From the NCBI GenBank assembly GCA_963751665.1, contig CAVVVF010000001.1, positions 18,652-82,651 of the forward strand: a stretch of 64,000 nucleotides of DNA, written 5' to 3'. Shown here piece by piece: positions 21,789 through 32,688 of the stretch. The notes under the pieces are model-generated. The model had not been told where the DNA came from and made no database searches. It was given only the letters and a program-made list of their open reading frames with translations. Every line of letters starts with the position of its first letter. The stretch's first letter is position 1. Source of the DNA: an uncultured Actinomycetes bacterium (GTDB lineage Bacteria; Actinomycetota; UBA4738; HRBIN12). The position numbers were made by a program, and so were the translations under genes.

Positions 21789-22248
21789 GGAACGACCTCT
21801 TTCGGCGGAGCCCGGCGAAGCTGCCTTGGGACTCGCCAGATCGGTGGCCGTCAGGTCTTGGTGTCACGGGGGCGAGGGCCGGGTCTGCAGAAAACGCGGA
21901 AGATACCCTCCTGACCAGCAGCATCCAGCACACGAGTGCAGCTAGTGGGTGTCCCGGGCGCCGGATCGGCGTGGCCGGGGACGTTCGACCGTGTTCGGGC
22001 CAGGTTTCGGCCGGCCCTCGTCGTTGCGTGGGGTCAGGCGGCAGTCGCGACGCCTGCGCGCTTGCGGTGACGGTGCCATCTGAGGCTTGAAGTTCGCCCC
22101 GGTTCCGGGAACCGATCTCCAGAACGCGGCCCTCGGCGTGGGCGACCGGTTCCCCGCGGCGCTCACCGAAACCGATCCGCTGCTCGAACCAGACCCCCAC
22201 CGGATGGAAGAAGGCGAAGATGGGATGACTCTCCGTCACGAACGCAGC

Positions 22249-24387
22249 TCAGTAGTCCACCCCCTGGACGTAGGTCCGATCCGCGTCGTTCGCCTGTACG
22301 CTGGTCGGGCGCATCATTTCGTTGTCCTCGTGGTCGATGATGTGGCAGTGCCAGACGTAGCCGTGCCCGCCGTCGGGATCGAACGGGTATGACGCATCGG
22401 CGGGATCCGTGTTCGCCGGCAAGTTGGTCGGAGCCCAGCGAACCGCGATCCGCGTCACCTGACCCGGATACATGACTACCGTGTCCTTCCATCCCGCCTC
22501 GTTCGGCTCTGGAGGCTTGGCCGGACCCTTGAGGAACGGCACCACGTCCGGGTTGCCACCCAGCGCCCGAGCGTTCCCCGTGTAGTAGTCGAGGGGCGGC
22601 CCGAACCCGGGCCGGTAGACCCCTCCTTGGAAGGCGGCCGCGTACGTCGTGTCGTACTTCCCGACGTCGAAAGCCTGCCGGTTCATCAGCTGGAACTGCA
22701 CGAGGTGGAGGTGGATCGGGTGAGCGTCGGCGGTGAGGTTGACCACCTCCCAGACCTCGGTCTCGCCCTCTTGCGGCAGCTCCGAGTAGTAAGTGGTGAG
22801 CCCGTCGACCGTGATGGGTGTGAAGTCCGATCGATCGGTGCCCGGCAAGTCGGTGTTATTTACGAGTATCTCGAGCGGTCCACCTTCGTACGTGACGCCG
22901 CCGACCTCCGACGGCTCGCCGATGACTTCGTTCAGCGTCAGCTGACGCGTCTTCTGGACGGCCACGTCCGAGGCCAGCGTCCCCGCGGCCGGGTCGACCA
23001 GCCGCACCATCGGCGTTCGCAAAGGCGTGTGAGTGGCCGGGTCGTAGCTCGTGTCGGGACCGGTCGAGGGAACGACCCGGAACTGCATCACACGACCGGT
23101 GGTGCTCCCTTGGGGAGCCTCGCCCCCGGGGTACGGCGCCTTGGCGATGTTACGAAGGAGCAGCCTGGTCCCCGGTGCCAGTCCGGCGAAGTCGACGATC
23201 ACATCGGCGCGCTCGCCGGGCAGGATCAGCAATCGCTGGAGTGCACCCTTGGGCGCGTTCGGATCGATCTTCACGGGCCGGTCGAGGTAGCCGCCGTCGG
23301 TTCCGATCTGCCATATCGACGGCCCCATCGTCTTGGAAGCAGGGTTCGTCAAGAAGAGCTCGTACCCCCGGGCGTTGGAGCCATCGAGGAATAGGAATCG
23401 GTATCGCTTCGGCTCGACCTCCAGGTACGGCCAGACCTTGCCGTTCACCGCGATCGTGTCGCCGATGAACTCCGGGACCCAGAAAGGGTGCTCCGGGTTG
23501 GGTGTGAACGGTATCCCCGCCGGGAAGAACAGCTGGCCGTCCGTGTCGAACATGCGATCTTGGATGATCAGTGGTATCGGCAGCGGAAGGTTGGCGGGGG
23601 GCGGGTCATCCGGATCGGTGATCAGGTAGCCGCCCGCGAGGCCCGCGTAAACGCTCAGCCGCGTCACGCCCAGCGTGTGGTCGTGGAACCAGATTGGAGC
23701 CGCTTCCTGGACGTTCGGGTAGCGGTAGATGGCGTAGTTCTTGGGCGACGTGCCATCCTCGCTGTAGTAGGCGGGCCCAACGTAGCTCCCGTCGCTCGTG
23801 AACCAGGAGTCCGGTCCTCCGTCGATGCCGGCAGGCACCTCTCCGCCGTGAAGGTGTGGGGTCCCAGGGATGGGCCCTGCGTAGTGGAGAGCGCACGCGC
23901 CCGTCGGCGGGTTCCGCGGCTCAACGCTTTCCGCGCAGGCATTCGCCTCGCCGTTGAGCGGATCGGCCCAGTGCACGGTTTGGTCCGTCGAATCGACCCA
24001 CGCCTTGAGGTGCGTGTGGCTCGTGTCACCGAGATTGTTGACCCACTTGATCTCGGTCGGCGTGCCGCGCTCGGCGACGATCACCGGGCCCAGGTAGGTG
24101 GATCTGGCCGACTGGCCGGGCTGCAGGTACCCCCAGACCCAGGTCTTGGGGGATCCTTTCGGCAGCACCTGCGCCTTGAACTCGGTCATCCGCAACTCGA
24201 TCGGGCTCGCGCCCGCGAGGATGACGTCCAGGCTGGGCAGCGAGTCGACGAACTGTGGGATGGAACTGCCTGCGAGCGGAGTCTGCGCCGCAGCGACAAA
24301 CGACCTCGACCATCCGAGGCGGGGCAGAACCACCAAGCCGGCACCCGCGGCGAGGCCTCCGTTCAGGAACTGTCTCCGAGTAATCAT
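22249..24387 (-). CDS. Tat-secreted multicopper oxidase (bilirubin oxidase/CotA-like)
   Basis: Twin-arginine signal MITRRQFLNGGLAAGAGL; copper ligand motifs incl. C-terminal HCHIIDHEDNEMM; intact 712 aa. Confidence 0.8.
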   Translation of the reverse strand: MITRRQFLNGGLAAGAGLVVLPRLGWSRSFVAAAQTPLAGSSIPQFVDSLPSLDVILAGASPIELRMTEFKAQVLPKGSPKTWVWGYLQPGQSARSTYLGPVIVAERGTPTEIKWVNNLGDTSHTHLKAWVDSTDQTVHWADPLNGEANACAESVEPRNPPTGACALHYAGPIPGTPHLHGGEVPAGIDGGPDSWFTSDGSYVGPAYYSEDGTSPKNYAIYRYPNVQEAAPIWFHDHTLGVTRLSVYAGLAGGYLITDPDDPPPANLPLPIPLIIQDRMFDTDGQLFFPAGIPFTPNPEHPFWVPEFIGDTIAVNGKVWPYLEVEPKRYRFLFLDGSNARGYELFLTNPASKTMGPSIWQIGTDGGYLDRPVKIDPNAPKGALQRLLILPGERADVIVDFAGLAPGTRLLLRNIAKAPYPGGEAPQGSTTGRVMQFRVVPSTGPDTSYDPATHTPLRTPMVRLVDPAAGTLASDVAVQKTRQLTLNEVIGEPSEVGGVTYEGGPLEILVNNTDLPGTDRSDFTPITVDGLTTYYSELPQEGETEVWEVVNLTADAHPIHLHLVQFQLMNRQAFDVGKYDTTYAAAFQGGVYRPGFGPPLDYYTGNARALGGNPDVVPFLKGPAKPPEPNEAGWKDTVVMYPGQVTRIAVRWAPTNLPANTDPADASYPFDPDGGHGYVWHCHIIDHEDNEMMRPTSVQANDADRTYVQGVDY

Positions 24388-25369
24388 GGCGTCCTCCCTC
24401 CCGGCAACCCGAGCCTCGGGCCGGGCCGGAGTCGCCTTCGCGCTATCCCTATCTCCTGTTCACCTCGATTCATACCGGTGCACGGGTGGCTTATCAGGGC
24501 CAGAGGACCTGGAGTCGATGTGCCCATCGGGACCCGGCACGGGGCATCCCGGCCGCCCGCGCTGGCTTCGGCGCCTAGCTCAGCGGCTGGTTTCGCGCGA
24601 CGTCGGCGGGCGTTCTCTTGCGCCAGGGCAGCGCGCCACGACGTCGATGTCGATCGCGGAGCTGAGCAGAACTCTCACGAGGACAATCACACCGAGGGTG
24701 GTGGCACTCTCTAGCGTCGGCGCCACGCCTGTCGTGCGGACGATGTCGACGCCTGACGCCTGGAAACGCCGCGAAGCACCGACAGGACGTGGGTGCCGAA
24801 ACGAGGTCGCTCCCGCCGATCACCAGCACGAGGACGCCCTTGCGCTCTTCGCCATCGCTTTGGCCTTCAGATCGGATCTCTAGGGCCTGTGACGAACCCT
24901 TTATCATGCCCTCGATTCGATCCGCGTCTCGATGGATCCGGGGAAGCTCGGGCCAGCAAGACCCAGAAAGACCCAGCAATGACAAGGCGACCATCTCAAG
25001 GTGGAGTTTTCGGGGAACCCCGCCAACGCGGCGGCGGGCCTTAGCGTGGCTCCGGTGCTCGTCGGTATGACGGCTGCTGTGGGCGTCGCGATGCTGGTGC
25101 GAGCGGAGCGTCCCCAGGAGTGGCTGCATCTCCTGCCCGGGGTCGTCAAGTCGTCCACTCGCCCCGTTGGTTGGTCCGCAGACGAGAAGGGGTACCAACA
25201 TGCGCGGGCTGCTCGCGTCCTCGTGCCAACGGTGCCAGTCAAAGATTCGTGGACCCCGCAGGCCATGACAAGGCCGGGCAAGCACGCCGGCCACGACCTC
25301 CAACACCGTGGACAGGATCATGGGCAAGGTGCTCACTCCGGCGCGGCGGCAGATGAATACACTCCCGAC

Positions 25370-26578
25370 ATGGGCGGCGATGAGGGGCTGCGTGCCGTTG
25401 AGGCGGAGAACCGGCTGCTCCGCCGGGTGATCGAGACGATCACATCGAATCTCGACCTGGACACCTTGCTCGCCTCCTTGATCGACCTGGTTACCGAGGC
25501 GACCCGGGGCGACGCGTGCTTCCTATTCCTCTGGGACCCCGACGAGGAGCAGCTCGTGCTGCGCGCCGCCTCCCCCGAGTTCGAGGGAGCGGTGGGCTCT
25601 GTCCGCTTGCGTCTGGGCGAAGGCGTTTCCGGCTGGGTCGCCGAGAACCGGGAGGTCGTCGCGATCCCCGAGGACAAGTGGTCCGACCACCGGTACAAGT
25701 ACAACCCGGAGCTTGAGGGCGAACGGTTCACGTCGATGCTGTCGGTGCCGGTGGTCTCGAAGACGGGCGTGCTCCTCGGCGTCTTCAACGTCCACACGCA
25801 TGCCCGCCGGGACTTCAGCGAGCGGGACATCCGGTTCCTCCGGCTTACCGCCTCCCTTGTGGCTGAGTCCATCGAACACGCCCACCTGTTCGGAGCGCTC
25901 GCTGACAAAGAGTCGGCGCTCGAGGCGCTCGTGCGAACCACGATCGAGGCTCAGGAGGAGGAGCGTCGCCGCGTGGCCACCGAGATCCACGACGGCGTGA
26001 CGCAGCAGCTGGTTTCGATCTGGTACCGGCTCCAGGCGTGCGGGAGAACGCTCCGCGTGGATCCGGGCCGCGCCGAGCACGAGCTGGCGACGGCCCGTGA
26101 CCTGGTGGACGGTGCGCTCGAGGAGGCGCGATCCGCGATCTACGACCTGCGGCCCTCGCTCCTGGACGACTTGGGACTCTCCCCCAGCCTGCGAGCCCTC
26201 GCGCTCAGCCAGCTCGAAGGGGAGGCAAAGGTGGATCTGCAGATCGACGACGTGGTGCAGCTCCCGCCTCACCTTGAGGTGGCCCTGTATCGGATCGCCC
26301 AGGAGGCGTTGACCAACGTCCGCAAACACGCCCGGGCATCGCGCGTGAAGATTACCCTCCGAGAAGCCGACGGCTATCTTGAGCTCGAGATCGAGGACGA
26401 CGGCTGTGGGTTCGCGAGCCAGCCCTCGCAGTCGCAGCGCCCACCGACTTCGTTCGGTCTCACCGGTATGGCCGAGCGGGCGTCGCTGATCGGGGGCGAA
26501 CTCAGCCTGCGGAGCGCCCCCCGCCGCGGCACGGTCGTCACTGTTCGCGTCCCGACCCAGGCCGAGGCGCGCACGTGA
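25370..26578 (+). CDS. GAF-domain sensor histidine kinase (HisKA_3 + HATPase_c, NarL-partner type)
   Basis: GAF region then phospho-acceptor ATEIHDGVTQQLVS and ATPase motifs ALTNVRKHARA, DDGCGF, GLTGMAERA. Confidence 0.75.
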   Translation: MGGDEGLRAVEAENRLLRRVIETITSNLDLDTLLASLIDLVTEATRGDACFLFLWDPDEEQLVLRAASPEFEGAVGSVRLRLGEGVSGWVAENREVVAIPEDKWSDHRYKYNPELEGERFTSMLSVPVVSKTGVLLGVFNVHTHARRDFSERDIRFLRLTASLVAESIEHAHLFGALADKESALEALVRTTIEAQEEERRRVATEIHDGVTQQLVSIWYRLQACGRTLRVDPGRAEHELATARDLVDGALEEARSAIYDLRPSLLDDLGLSPSLRALALSQLEGEAKVDLQIDDVVQLPPHLEVALYRIAQEALTNVRKHARASRVKITLREADGYLELEIEDDGCGFASQPSQSQRPPTSFGLTGMAERASLIGGELSLRSAPRRGTVVTVRVPTQAEART

Positions 26579-27228
26579 ACGAGCCGATGCGCGTGGTGTT
26601 GGTGGATGACCACCGCGTGGTGCGCGAAGGCTTGAAGGCCATGCTCGAGGACGTCTCGGAGCTGGAAATCGTGGGGGAGGCGGAGGACGTCGCCGGTGCG
26701 CTCGTCGCCATCGAGAACGGCCGGCCCCACGTTGTACTTCTCGACGTTCGGCTCCAGCGATCGAGCGGCCTCGATGCGTGCCGAACCATCCGGGAACGCC
26801 ATCCCGAGGTGAACGTGGTCTTCCTCACTGTTTACGAGGACGAGCAGTACGTCTTCGAGGCCCTCCGCGCCGGCGGCCGCGGCTACATGTTGAAAAAGGC
26901 GCTCCCCGAGGACATCGTTCGGGTCCTGCAGGCGGTGCAGGGAGGCGATATCGTCATCGACCCGGCGCTCGGGGGCCAGATCGCCCTGCGAGCCGCGGCG
27001 CTCCGCGAGGGCAACGAATGGCCGGGCGCTCACCTCGGCCTCACGCAGCGCGAGGGGGAGGTCCTCGGCCATCTCGCCAAGGGACTGGACAACCGGGCAA
27101 TCGCCCACGCCCTGTACATCAGCGAGGGGACCGTGAAGTCCCACGTGAAGGGCATCTTTCGAAAGCTCGGCGCCAAGGACCGAGCTCAGGTCGTCTCGAT
27201 TGCGCTTCGCGAGGGCTTGGTTCGCTGA
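26575..27228 (+). CDS. response regulator, NarL/FixJ (LuxR-type HTH) family
   Basis: Receiver VVLVDDH...LLDVRL and C-terminal LTQREGEVLGHLAKGLDNRAIAHALYISEGTVKSHV; start overlaps kinase stop. Confidence 0.8.
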   Translation: MNEPMRVVLVDDHRVVREGLKAMLEDVSELEIVGEAEDVAGALVAIENGRPHVVLLDVRLQRSSGLDACRTIRERHPEVNVVFLTVYEDEQYVFEALRAGGRGYMLKKALPEDIVRVLQAVQGGDIVIDPALGGQIALRAAALREGNEWPGAHLGLTQREGEVLGHLAKGLDNRAIAHALYISEGTVKSHVKGIFRKLGAKDRAQVVSIALREGLVR

Positions 27229-27270
27229 GCGACTCGTGACTCTTGGGCGGGTCACGGGTACAGACCGACG

Positions 27271-28194
27271 CTAGCGCCCGATCGCGGGGGGCCGCGCGGC
27301 CAGCACCGCGCGCCTCGCGGCCGCGCCGGAGGCAAAGCGCAGGAACGCCTGGGCCGGAGCCGGCAAGAACCCGTCCTCCAGGTATTGCAGGAACCATCGT
27401 CGCCGAAGCGGCGTTCCCCGCGCCCGCAGGCGTGCCAGGGTCCCGGCTGCGATCTCCAAGGCCACCGCCTGAGCCGAGATGAGGGTCACGCCGAGCCCGA
27501 CTGCAGCTGCTTGTTTCACGGCTCCATTGCTGCCCAGGTTCAGCACACGCCGGGGCTCGATCTCGTGCCGGGCAAGGAACTCCTCCGTCGTAGAGCGCGT
27601 CCCAGAGCCGGGCTCGCGAAGGAGCCATGTGTCGTTGAGCCGTCGCGGGTCGATGCCCGAGCGACCGGCTAGCGGATGGTCTGGAGCCGACACGATGACC
27701 AGGTCGTTCGCGAGGAACCCCCGGCCGTCGACGGGCCCGTCTGCCGGCGGACGTCCGCCGACGGCCAGGTCCGCCTCCCGGGCCAGCAAGCGCTCCAGAA
27801 CCAAAGCCCGGTTCCCCACCTCCAGCACCGGGTCCACCTCCGGGTACTGTTCCTGAAAGGCCTTGAGGATGGGGGGGACAACGTACTCGCCGGCGGTCGT
27901 GACCGCGGCGAGCCGCAGTCGGCCCCGGCCAGGGTGCGCGGCCGCGACGGCGGAGTCCCTACCCTGTTCCAGCAACGCCAGGCACTGCGCCGCGAAGACG
28001 GCCAGGGCCTCGCCCGAAGGGGTCGGGCGCACGCCCTGCCGGTCCCGGACCACTAATCGGACGCCCACGTCGCGCTCGAGCGCGGCCAGGCTCGCCGAGA
28101 CCGCCGGCTGCGTCACATACAGCTCGGCTGCGGCGCCAGTCACCGAGCGGTGTCGCACCACCGCGAGGAATGCACGCAACTGAGCGAGGGTCAT
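27271..28194 (-). CDS. cbbR: LysR-family transcriptional regulator, divergent from RuBisCO genes (CbbR-like)
   Basis: [43 protein letters not shown]; position divergent to cbbL is the canonical CbbR arrangement. Confidence 0.7.
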   Translation of the reverse strand: MTLAQLRAFLAVVRHRSVTGAAAELYVTQPAVSASLAALERDVGVRLVVRDRQGVRPTPSGEALAVFAAQCLALLEQGRDSAVAAAHPGRGRLRLAAVTTAGEYVVPPILKAFQEQYPEVDPVLEVGNRALVLERLLAREADLAVGGRPPADGPVDGRGFLANDLVIVSAPDHPLAGRSGIDPRRLNDTWLLREPGSGTRSTTEEFLARHEIEPRRVLNLGSNGAVKQAAAVGLGVTLISAQAVALEIAAGTLARLRARGTPLRRRWFLQYLEDGFLPAPAQAFLRFASGAAARRAVLAARPPAIGR

Positions 28195-28285
28195 AAAGAA
28201 AGCTTATATGGGAACACGAAAGATTCAATTGTATCTGATCTCGCAAGGCCCTAGGGTGGAATGTGATCCAGAAGGGGAGGAACCG
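28195..28285. promoter_or_regulatory. cbbR-cbbL divergent intergenic control region (locally AT-rich, putative LysR T-N11-A boxes, RBS GAAGGGGAGGA)
   Basis: aaagaaagcttatatgggaacacgaaagattcaattgtatctgatctcgcaa is markedly AT-rich for this genome and lies between divergent regulator and operon. Confidence 0.3.
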
Positions 28286-29728
28286 ATGGCCCTCACCAAC
28301 CACACGAAGTTGTTCGACGCGGGAGTGAAGCTCTACAAGGACATGGGCTACTTCGAGCCCGGCTACGCGCCGAAGGAGACTGACGTCCTCGCGGCGTTCC
28401 GTGTCACGCCTCAGGAGGACGTCCCCCCCGAGGAGGCCGCTGCGGCCGTCGCCGCCGAGTCCTCGACCGGCACCTGGACCTCGGTCTGGACCGACCGCCT
28501 CACCGACCTGGAGCGCTACCGGGGCCGGTGCTACCGGATCGACCCGGTCCCGGGCGAGCCGAGCCAGTACATCGCCTACGTCGCCTATGACCTCGACCTG
28601 TTCGAGGAGGGTTCGATCGCGAACATGGCCTCATCGATCGTCGGGAACGTGTTCGGGTTCAAGGCCCTCCGGGCCCTCCGCCTGGAGGACCTTCGGGTAC
28701 CGATCGCCTACCTGAAGACGTTCCAGGGACCGCCCCACGGGATCCGGGTGGAGCGCGACAAACTGAATAAGTACGGCCGGCCCCTGCTTGGCTGCACGAT
28801 CAAGCCGAAGCTCGGGCTCTCCGCTCGCACCTATGGGCTCGCGGTATACGAATGCCTGCGCGGAGGTCTCGACTTCACGAAGGACGACGAGAACATCAAC
28901 TCCCAGCCGTTCATGCGCTGGCGGGACCGGTACGAGTTCGTCATGGAGGCGGTTCGCAAAGCCGAGGACGAGACCGGGGAGCGCAAGGGCCACTACCTGA
29001 ACGTCACCGCCCCAGGATTCGAAGAGATGATCGAGAGGGCCGAGCTCGCGAAGGAGCTCGGCGCGCCGATCATCATGGTCGATTACCTCACCGTCGGGTT
29101 CACCGCGTTCACGTCGCTGTCGCGGTGGTGCCGACGGAACGGGGTGCTGCTGCATTGCCACCGTGCCATGCATGCGGTAATCGACCGCCAGCGCAACCAC
29201 GGCATCCACTGGCGGGTGCTCGCGAAGTGGTGCAGGATGATCGGGGCAGATCACCTGCACAACGGGACCGTCGTCGGGAAGCTCGAGGGCGACCGGGCCG
29301 CGACGATGGCCATCAACGACCTCTTGCGGGAAGACTTCGTCGCGCGGGATCGGTCGCGCGGGATCTACTTCGACCAGCCCTGGGCGTCGTTGCCGGGCCT
29401 GTTCCCGGTGGCTTCGGGCGGGATCCACGTCGGTCACATGCCGGACCTCGTTGCCATCTTCGGCGACGACGCAGTGTTCCAGTTCGGGGGTGGGACGCTT
29501 GGCCACCCTTGGGGCAGCGCAGCCGGAGCCACCGCGAATCGGGTCGCGCTCGAGGCCGTGATCCAGGCCCGAAACGAAGGCCGGGAGATCGCTGCGGAGG
29601 GCGCGGACGTCCTACGGAAGGCGGCGGCGCACTCTCCCGAGCTGCGCGCGGCCCTCGAGACGTGGCAGGATGTCACCTTCGAGTTCGATGCGGTCGACGC
29701 CCTCGACCAAGCACAGGTGACGTCGTGA
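28286..29728 (+). CDS. cbbL: ribulose-1,5-bisphosphate carboxylase/oxygenase large subunit, form I
   Basis: Signature [42 protein letters not shown], followed by small subunit gene. Confidence 0.9.
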   Translation: MALTNHTKLFDAGVKLYKDMGYFEPGYAPKETDVLAAFRVTPQEDVPPEEAAAAVAAESSTGTWTSVWTDRLTDLERYRGRCYRIDPVPGEPSQYIAYVAYDLDLFEEGSIANMASSIVGNVFGFKALRALRLEDLRVPIAYLKTFQGPPHGIRVERDKLNKYGRPLLGCTIKPKLGLSARTYGLAVYECLRGGLDFTKDDENINSQPFMRWRDRYEFVMEAVRKAEDETGERKGHYLNVTAPGFEEMIERAELAKELGAPIIMVDYLTVGFTAFTSLSRWCRRNGVLLHCHRAMHAVIDRQRNHGIHWRVLAKWCRMIGADHLHNGTVVGKLEGDRAATMAINDLLREDFVARDRSRGIYFDQPWASLPGLFPVASGGIHVGHMPDLVAIFGDDAVFQFGGGTLGHPWGSAAGATANRVALEAVIQARNEGREIAAEGADVLRKAAAHSPELRAALETWQDVTFEFDAVDALDQAQVTS

Positions 29729-30042
29729 CGACGAGCACTCGCCGCCTGGAAACCTTCTCCTACCTGCCGCCTCTCACCGACGAGCAGATCACCGCGCAGA
29801 CCGGCTCGATCCTGGAGCGCGGGTTGATCCCCGCGATCGAGCACACGACCGACCCTGGACCGCGAAACACCTACTGGAGCCTGTGGAAGCTCCCGCTGTT
29901 CGACGCGCGAACGCCGGAGGCGGTTCTGGCCGAGGTCGAGGCCTGCGCGCGAGCCAACCCCGACGCATACGTCCGGCTGAGTGGCTACGACCCGAAGCGC
30001 CAGGGGCAGGTCGCGAGCTTCCTGCTCCGCCGCCCCAGTTGA
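29725..30042 (+). CDS. cbbS: RuBisCO small subunit
   Basis: [14 protein letters not shown]...[11 protein letters not shown]; GTG start overlaps cbbL stop. Confidence 0.85.
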   Translation: MTTSTRRLETFSYLPPLTDEQITAQTGSILERGLIPAIEHTTDPGPRNTYWSLWKLPLFDARTPEAVLAEVEACARANPDAYVRLSGYDPKRQGQVASFLLRRPS

Positions 30043-30353
30043 GAGCCCACAGGGCGTTCTAGGTTCGGAACGCTGGATCGCTGGCGAGTCCGGGCCCAGG
30101 CTTTCCCCATCGTGCTCCCGCAGCTCGCTGGGAACCTTCCCTCCCTGGGGGGAGGCCGGTCTCCCCCTCCCTCCCCCCACTCCGGGTGATAACGGGCGCG
30201 GGGACCTCGCCTACGGTAATGATCGAGCAGCGGCTATGGATCTCCCTCGGGGAGGCTCGGGCTTCCGAACGAACCACCCGACACCCACGCGACGACGTGT
30301 GGGGACGATCCATGGCGACAGCATGCGGGACAGAGAGAAGAGGTGAGGCGGCC

Positions 30354-31268
30354 GTGAGACCGGTCATGCTGGCGATCGTCGGAGACAGCGCCGCCGGCAA
30401 GACGACCTTCACTCAAGGGGTCGTGGGGCTGCTCGGGGAGGGGCGCGTCGCCGTGATGTGTACCGACGACTATCACCGCTACGATCGTGTCCAGCGCCGC
30501 GAGCTGAACATCACACCCCTCGACCCTGACGGCAACTACATGGACATCATGGCCCAGCATCTTCGGTTGCTCGCCGCCGGGGAGCCGATCTTGAAGCCCG
30601 TCTACGACCACAGCCATGGCAACTTCGCGCCTCCCGAGTACGTGGTCGCCCGGCAGTTCATGGTCGTTGAAGGCCTTCTCGGCCTGACGACCAAGCCCAT
30701 GCGTGACTGCTACGCGGTGAGGGTCTACCTCGATCCGCCCGAGGACATGCGGCATCGGTGGAAGATCCAGCGCGACTGCGCGAAGCGCGGCTACACCCCA
30801 GATCAGGTGCTCGAGGAGCTGGAAAGGCGCGAGCCGGACTCGGCCGTCTTCATCCGGCCCCAGCGCGGGAGCGCGGACATCGTCGTGCGCTTCGAGCCTC
30901 CGAACGGCTTCGTCGACAGCGCGCGCCTGTCGATGCGCATGGTGTTGCGCCCGACGATCTCTCATCGAGATCTCACCGAACTCGCCGAGAAGGCCGTTTC
31001 GGACGGATGCGAGTCGATCCGGCTGGAGCTCGGGCGCGACGAGGGACACCCGGCCGACCTCCTCTACGTATCCGCGGACATCTCCGCCGAGGAGACCGCG
31101 CACCTGGAATCGCTGCTCTGGGAGCGCATGGATTTCGATCATCATCTCGAGCGCGAGGATATCGGCACCTTCGTCGAGGGCAACCGCCGCCGCCACTCGG
31201 ACTGCCTCGCTATCGCGCAGCTGTTCATCACCTACCACCTCCTGAACGCCGCGGCAGGCGGGCAGTGA
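30354..31268 (+). CDS. prk: phosphoribulokinase
   Basis: P-loop IVGDSAAGKTT and PRK-specific DDYHRYDR motif. Confidence 0.8.
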   Translation: MRPVMLAIVGDSAAGKTTFTQGVVGLLGEGRVAVMCTDDYHRYDRVQRRELNITPLDPDGNYMDIMAQHLRLLAAGEPILKPVYDHSHGNFAPPEYVVARQFMVVEGLLGLTTKPMRDCYAVRVYLDPPEDMRHRWKIQRDCAKRGYTPDQVLEELERREPDSAVFIRPQRGSADIVVRFEPPNGFVDSARLSMRMVLRPTISHRDLTELAEKAVSDGCESIRLELGRDEGHPADLLYVSADISAEETAHLESLLWERMDFDHHLEREDIGTFVEGNRRRHSDCLAIAQLFITYHLLNAAAGGQ

Positions 31269-31293
31269 TGGCCCGGGTGCGGGTGGCTGCTCG

Positions 31294-32688
31294 GTGACGA
31301 CCCCGGCCGGGTCGATCCTCCTCGCCGGCGGGGCGATGTCGAGCCTCGACGACTACATCGCCGCGGGCGGAGGGAGGGCGCTCGTCGCGGCGCTCGAACG
31401 CTCGCCGCAGGCGGTGATCGATGAGGTGAAACGCTCGGGCCTTCGGGGCCGCGGGGGAGGGGGGTTCGCTACAGGCGTGAAGTGGGAGTCCGTCCGGTCC
31501 GACCCATGCCCCACCAAGTTCGTGATCTGCAACGCGGCCGAAGGGGAGCCCGGCACGTTCAAGGACCGCTGGCTCCTGCGGCACAACCCCTACCAGGTGC
31601 TGGAAGGCATCGCCATCGCCACCCGCGCGGTGGGGGCCGACCGCGCGTTCATCGCGGTCAAGCGCGCGTTCGAGCGGGAGATCCGCACGCTTCGTCGAGC
31701 CATCGCCGAGATGAGAGGGAGCGACATGCTCGGCCCCGTTCCCATCGAGATCATCCTTGGGCCCGACGAGTACCTCTTCGGAGAAGAGAAGGCGCTCCTC
31801 GAGGTGATCGAGGGGAACGACCCCCTCCCGCGGATCCTCCCTCCCTACCAGGTTGGGCTGTTCGCCAGACGGGGATCTAGCAACCCCACAGCCGTCAACA
31901 ACGTCGAGACCCTTGCCAACGTGCCTCACATCATCACCAAGGGCTCGGAGTGGTTCCGGTCGTTCGGAACCGAGACCTCGCCTGGGACCGGGGTGTTCAC
32001 CCTGTGCGGGGACGTGCGCCGGCCCGGCATCTATGAGCTCCCCCTCGGCCTGCCCCTACGGACCCTCCTGTACGACATCGGCGGAGGCTCGCCCGAGGGC
32101 AGAGCGCTAAAGGCCGTCTTCCCCGGTGCATCCAACGCAGTCCTCTCGGCCGAGCAGTTCGACACCCCGATGGACTTCGACTCGATGAGGGCGGTGGGGT
32201 CCGGGCTGGGATCGGCGGGATTCGTGGCGTACGACGAGTCGGCGTGCATCGTGAGGGCCACCCTCGCGTACTCTCGGTTCCTCTACGTCGAGTCGTGCGC
32301 GCAGTGCCCGGCCTGCAAGCAGGGCTCCGAGGAGATCACCGACTGCCTGGAGAGGATGGAGCGAGGCGAGGGCTCGGAGTCAGACGTAGAGTCCGCACTC
32401 GCCAGGTGCCTCGCGGTGACGGGTGGCCGGCGGTGCGCCCTTCCCACGGGTGAGTCGCTTCTCGTCCAGAGCGCCATCCACGCGTTCGAGGTCGAGTTCC
32501 GGGAGCACCTCGGCCGGCCCTGCCCCAGGCCGCGCGACCTTCCTCTCCCCAAGCTCGTGGACTTCGACGAGGAGGGCGGGCGGTTCGTTTACGACGACCG
32601 GTATCGGCTGAAGCGGCCGGACTGGACGTTCGAATCCGGGCGGAAAGGTGCTCGGTCGATGCCGGCGCGAGAGGAAGCACCAGCGTGA
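31294..32688 (+). CDS. NuoF-like NAD(H)-binding FMN/Fe-S flavoprotein (Complex I 51 kDa family), stand-alone
   Basis: GLRGRGGGGFATGVKW FMN/NADH motif, C-terminal 4Fe-4S cysteine cluster ESCAQCPACKQG. Confidence 0.75.
   Translation: MTTPAGSILLAGGAMSSLDDYIAAGGGRALVAALERSPQAVIDEVKRSGLRGRGGGGFATGVKWESVRSDPCPTKFVICNAAEGEPGTFKDRWLLRHNPYQVLEGIAIATRAVGADRAFIAVKRAFEREIRTLRRAIAEMRGSDMLGPVPIEIILGPDEYLFGEEKALLEVIEGNDPLPRILPPYQVGLFARRGSSNPTAVNNVETLANVPHIITKGSEWFRSFGTETSPGTGVFTLCGDVRRPGIYELPLGLPLRTLLYDIGGGSPEGRALKAVFPGASNAVLSAEQFDTPMDFDSMRAVGSGLGSAGFVAYDESACIVRATLAYSRFLYVESCAQCPACKQGSEEITDCLERMERGEGSESDVESALARCLAVTGGRRCALPTGESLLVQSAIHAFEVEFREHLGRPCPRPRDLPLPKLVDFDEEGGRFVYDDRYRLKRPDWTFESGRKGARSMPAREEAPA

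Noticed and set aside
21634-21945. ORFs beginning MNPCLHLES... (also 47622-48074 and N-terminal part of 54867-55496)
   Set aside because: The shared N-terminus is merely the antisense translation of the tRNA-Glu 3' half/att repeat. Only the third has a real protein (DUF488), which begins at a downstream GTG.
24430-25369. Several 80-260 aa overlapping ORFs on both strands between the multicopper oxidase and the histidine kinase
   Set aside because: No conserved motifs, conflicting frames, Arg/Pro-rich. Treated as intergenic or untranslated leader, although a small real gene cannot be excluded.
28631-29506. 291-aa minus-strand ORF inside cbbL
   Set aside because: Antisense to RuBisCO large subunit, whose signature motifs are unambiguous on the plus strand.
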